Source: a virus
Lineage: Duplodnaviria > Heunggongvirae > Uroviricota > Caudoviricetes
Reading direction: 5' to 3' (one strand)
Virus record (IMG/VR): IMGVR_UViG_648276647_000017
Coordinates: 1-19,160 of that record
DNA length: 19,160 bases
Shown: positions 15,700-19,160 of the stretch, piece after piece
How positions within the stretch are numbered: the stretch's first letter is position 1
Layout of the letters: each line of letters opens with the position of its first letter
The notes under the pieces: generated by a model
The model's input: the letters and a program-made list of their open reading frames with translations, nothing else
Databases searched by the model: none
What the model was told of the DNA's origin: nothing
Position numbers and translations under genes: made by a program

Positions 15700-17094
15700 A
15701 TGCCCAAAGTTTTCACGCCTCGCCCCTACCAAGATCTAATTATCAACCACGAAATCGACATTCACCGCTGCAACATCTGGGCAGGGATGGGGATGGGTAA
15801 AACCGTAGCGACACTCACCACGCTGGAAGATCTTTTCATGGCGGGCTCAGAGACACAGCCCGCGCTGGTCCTCGCGCCGCTACGCGTTGCAGCAAGCACA
15901 TGGCCGGATGAAGCGCTGAAATGGGGGCATCTGCGCAATATCGAGGTGCAGCCGATTGTTGGTAACGCCAAAGCGCGCTCTGCAGCGCTGGCGAACAGCA
16001 ACGCGAGCGTGTTCACCATCAACTACGATAACCTTGTCTGGCTGGTTGAGGAATTGGGAGAACGATGGCCGTTCGGTACTGTCATTCCAGATGAAAGCAC
16101 CCGGCTAAAATCCTTCCGGCTGCGAGGTGGTGGTAAGCGCGCGGCGGCGCTGGGCAAAGTGGCGCATAAGTATGTCCAGCGCTGGATAAATCTCACCGGT
16201 ACGCCAGCACCGAACGGCCTGGTAGATTTGTGGGGACAATTGTGGTTTGTGGACCAGGGGCAACGTCTCGGGCGCACTTACGGCGCGTTTACCTCACGCT
16301 GGTTCAACTCGATACAGTTTCCGGGGCAGAGCTGGACCAAACTGGAGCCGTTTGCTCACTCACAGGCTGAAATACAGCGAGCGTTAGCCGATGTGACCCT
16401 CTCGCTGGATGCGGCCGACTGGTTCGATATCAAAGACCCCATCCATAACGTAATCCGCGTGGATATGCCGCCGAAGGCCCGTCAGCAGTATCGTGAAATG
16501 GAAAAGGAAATGTTCCTCGAGCTGAATGGCGAAGGCATCGAAGCACCAAACGCCGCGGCAAAGACACTGAAGTGTCTGCAAATCGCCAGTGGCGCAGTAT
16601 ACACAGACGACACCGGAAGTTGGTCAGAACTGCATGACACCAAACTGCAGGCGCTGGACAGCATACTGACCGAAGCAGCTGGCGCACCTGTGCTGGTTGC
16701 TTATCACTGGAAACACGATCTTGAACGCTTGCTTAAAGCATTCCCTCGCGGTCGTCACCTCGACCAAGATCCACAGACACTGCGCGACTGGAATTCCGGA
16801 AAGATTCCTGTTCTCTTTGCACACCCAGCCAGCGCGAGCCACGGTCTGAACATGCAGGACGGCGGAAACATACTGGTATTTTTCTCACACTGGTGGGACC
16901 TGGAGCAGTATCAGCAAATTATTGAACGTATCGGCCCCACCAGGCAGATACAGGCCGGACACAATCGTCCGGTATTTATTCACCACATTATTGCGGCCGA
17001 CACTATGGACGAAATGGTGATGGAGCGGCGCAACTCAAAACGAACAGTGCAGGACATCCTGCTCAATGCCATGAAAAAGAGAGGTATAGCATGA
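15700..17094 (+). CDS. SNF2-family (DEAD/DEAH-like) helicase
   Basis: 464-aa ORF; PRPYQ Q-motif, Walker A GMGKT, DEST box (IPDESTRLKS), motif III-like LTGTPAPNG; AAGGG Shine-Dalgarno upstream. Confidence 0.85.
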   Translation: MPKVFTPRPYQDLIINHEIDIHRCNIWAGMGMGKTVATLTTLEDLFMAGSETQPALVLAPLRVAASTWPDEALKWGHLRNIEVQPIVGNAKARSAALANSNASVFTINYDNLVWLVEELGERWPFGTVIPDESTRLKSFRLRGGGKRAAALGKVAHKYVQRWINLTGTPAPNGLVDLWGQLWFVDQGQRLGRTYGAFTSRWFNSIQFPGQSWTKLEPFAHSQAEIQRALADVTLSLDAADWFDIKDPIHNVIRVDMPPKARQQYREMEKEMFLELNGEGIEAPNAAAKTLKCLQIASGAVYTDDTGSWSELHDTKLQALDSILTEAAGAPVLVAYHWKHDLERLLKAFPRGRHLDQDPQTLRDWNSGKIPVLFAHPASASHGLNMQDGGNILVFFSHWWDLEQYQQIIERIGPTRQIQAGHNRPVFIHHIIAADTMDEMVMERRNSKRTVQDILLNAMKKRGIA

Positions 17095-17291
17095 GCGAGA
17101 AACCCGACGATTTACTCACCCCAGATGAAGTATGCCAAAAGTTAGGTATTACACAGAAAACGCTATGTGAGTGGAATATTAAGCATCGTCATCGGGCTAT
17201 CCTGGCACCAATTCGTTTCAGTGCAAAAGTAGTTCGTTATGAGCGCCGAAATGTCGACGCTTTTATTCAAAAATGTCGCAGCCAGTATTAA
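17091..17291 (+). CDS. AlpA/excisionase-like HTH protein (candidate Xis)
   Basis: 66-aa ORF; LLTPDEVCQKLGITQKTLCEW helix-turn-helix typical of AlpA-family prophage regulators and excisionases; lies next to the integrase with a 4-bp convergent overlap. Confidence 0.65.
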   Translation: MSEKPDDLLTPDEVCQKLGITQKTLCEWNIKHRHRAILAPIRFSAKVVRYERRNVDAFIQKCRSQY

Positions 17292-18685
17292 CCTCGCCGC
17301 CGTAGCAATGCCACCTGCGCAAGTATGCTCCGCTCGTGAGCCTCGAAAGCTTCGCGCTTCAACGCAATCTCTTCCTGTAAAATCTCATCAGAAAAGTCGT
17401 AATGTTCTGCCATCGGGTCATCTGACTTGCTGGAGTGGTGAAGGCAAAGGAGGCTGATTTCCCTTCGGTCTGAGCGGGAATAGCCTCTTTCCTTCATCAA
17501 GGCAATAACATTGCTCTTAAGGAATTTACGGCACATCGTATTAAATGCACCGTCTTTCCCTTTAACAGTCCCATCATGTTTTATTCCTTTTACAGCCCCG
17601 TCCGGGCTGTATGTTTTCACCAGCTTATCCAGTGATCGTTTTGAAAATGGCTGCATTGGATCACGTGGCTGCAAAAATACATAATCCCTGTTGCACTCAG
17701 GAACTGAATCACGCCAGGCTTTCTGCTCGTCGATAATCCGCCGGATCTCAGGCGTTATCGGCAGGCGGAAAGCCTTTTGTGTTTTCATAGCCCCTCGCAT
17801 GCCGATAACCCCTTCCGGATAAACAATTTCACCAGCCTCCTCGTGAACGTAGTCCCAGCGCAGGTTATGGACATTAATCGGACGAACACCAGTGATGATC
17901 ATGAAGCGAACAGCATTCTTCTGGTGTACAGAGGTGCAGGCAGCAACATTGAGCCAGAGTCGGGCGATTGATTCAATATCGGTAAAAAGCCGTGTGGGGG
18001 TAGGTTTCTGTACGCGGGAGGAAACATAATCATCTGGCAGACTGGCGGCAACATTGCGGCCGTTGCAAAGAGTAGGTGCGCAGAACTTCCAGAACCGACG
18101 GAGCTCGGCAAACAACTCCAGGGCGTTATTGTTCGAGCGAGTGGCGATCCACTCGTCCAGCACTTCCACCAGCCGACTGTATGTTACGTCGCTGAACACC
18201 TCGCGCTCGCCGAACGTTGATTTAATCCGGTCGATACGCACCCCGTAGGTTGTGAAACTGTCCGGGCTCAGCTTCTGACGGGCTACTTTGGCTTTGAGGT
18301 CATCCCGGTACATTTCCAGCGCTGCATGTACGGACTCTGCCCGCAGTCCACCGTCAGCCATACCTAGTGCTTTTTCGCGCGCCAGCTGGATAGCGAGCTC
18401 CGGCCACTCGCCGAGCTTTTTACCTTTGAGGCCCATCTTTTTTGGAAACTCGGCGTAAAATGTAACCTTACCGGCTTTGCTGAAATCGATACGGAGATAG
18501 TTCTCTTTTTCATATTTGGAACGGCGAGCCACGCCGGAAGCAGCGAGGATGATTTTGGCGGCAGCAACACAGATTTTCATGTGTGCGCTGGTATAGGGGG
18601 GTTTACAGGCGTCCCATTTTTCAGAAGCGGCTAAAACATCGTCATTATTGGGGCTATCCGGATTATGTGTTACAGTGCGCGGCAT
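17288..18685 (-). CDS. int: Tyrosine-type site-specific integrase
   Basis: Large ORF at the prophage edge with an arm-binding-like N-terminal region (YLRIDFSKAGKVTFYAEF...LGEWPELAIQLAREKA) and a C-terminal catalytic domain. The track start (18691) is a TTG; the ATG at 18685 has an AAGGA Shine-Dalgarno; an internal ATG at 18580 is an alternative start. Confidence 0.85.
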   Translation of the reverse strand: MPRTVTHNPDSPNNDDVLAASEKWDACKPPYTSAHMKICVAAAKIILAASGVARRSKYEKENYLRIDFSKAGKVTFYAEFPKKMGLKGKKLGEWPELAIQLAREKALGMADGGLRAESVHAALEMYRDDLKAKVARQKLSPDSFTTYGVRIDRIKSTFGEREVFSDVTYSRLVEVLDEWIATRSNNNALELFAELRRFWKFCAPTLCNGRNVAASLPDDYVSSRVQKPTPTRLFTDIESIARLWLNVAACTSVHQKNAVRFMIITGVRPINVHNLRWDYVHEEAGEIVYPEGVIGMRGAMKTQKAFRLPITPEIRRIIDEQKAWRDSVPECNRDYVFLQPRDPMQPFSKRSLDKLVKTYSPDGAVKGIKHDGTVKGKDGAFNTMCRKFLKSNVIALMKERGYSRSDRREISLLCLHHSSKSDDPMAEHYDFSDEILQEEIALKREAFEAHERSILAQVALLRRRG

Positions 18686-18890
18686 TCTCAATCCTTATCT
18701 GCGTAGGCGCAGAAAACAAGCTCACACATACAAGTCTTTTCTACGGGACAAAATGCAATGTGTTGCGGTTTTGTGTTGCTGGACTGAGTTTATCAAGGTT
18801 AAATACACTGGATCAACATACAGTAAGTTAATGACAGTAAAGCATACAAACTCGATACAACTTACTGATTTTAAAATGATTTAACGGTAA

Positions 18891-19160
<270 letters not shown>

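Noticed and set aside
14320-17094. C5 methyltransferase next to an SNF2 helicase as a DISARM-like defence system
   Set aside because: The DUF1998, DrmA helicase and phospholipase-D components of DISARM are absent, and the same genes are standard in phage PolA replication modules, which explains them more simply.

Overview
This window is the immunity-proximal half of an integrated lambdoid-type temperate prophage in an enterobacterial chromosome, ending at a host gene that matches yfhL. All calls rest on reading the supplied ORF translations and the raw sequence; no database search was run. On the minus strand the order is classical: cro-like regulator, PrimPol-type primase/helicase, iteron-rich candidate origin, antiterminator Q, a ~385-bp late regulatory region, holin, lambda-R-like endolysin, Rz with an embedded Rz1, terminase small subunit and the start of terminase large subunit. 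Divergent from cro is an SOS-cleavable CI-type repressor, followed on the plus strand by a small terminator-bracketed ORF, two unknown genes, and a DNA polymerase A replication module (DUF2800-like nuclease, DUF2815-like SSB, PolA, VRR-NUC nuclease, C5 cytosine methyltransferase, SNF2 helicase), then an AlpA/Xis-like gene and a convergent tyrosine integrase. The best candidates for undescribed accessory cargo are an AT-rich convergent gene pair inserted between the SSB-like gene and PolA (10143-11467) and an AT-rich antisense gene wedged between the methyltransferase and the helicase (15345-15665); neither resembles any family I recognise. Other notable signals are a 16-bp operator-like motif present at both the cI/cro region and a second promoter region, and a methyltransferase gene whose recognisable motifs are split across two long overlapping reading frames.
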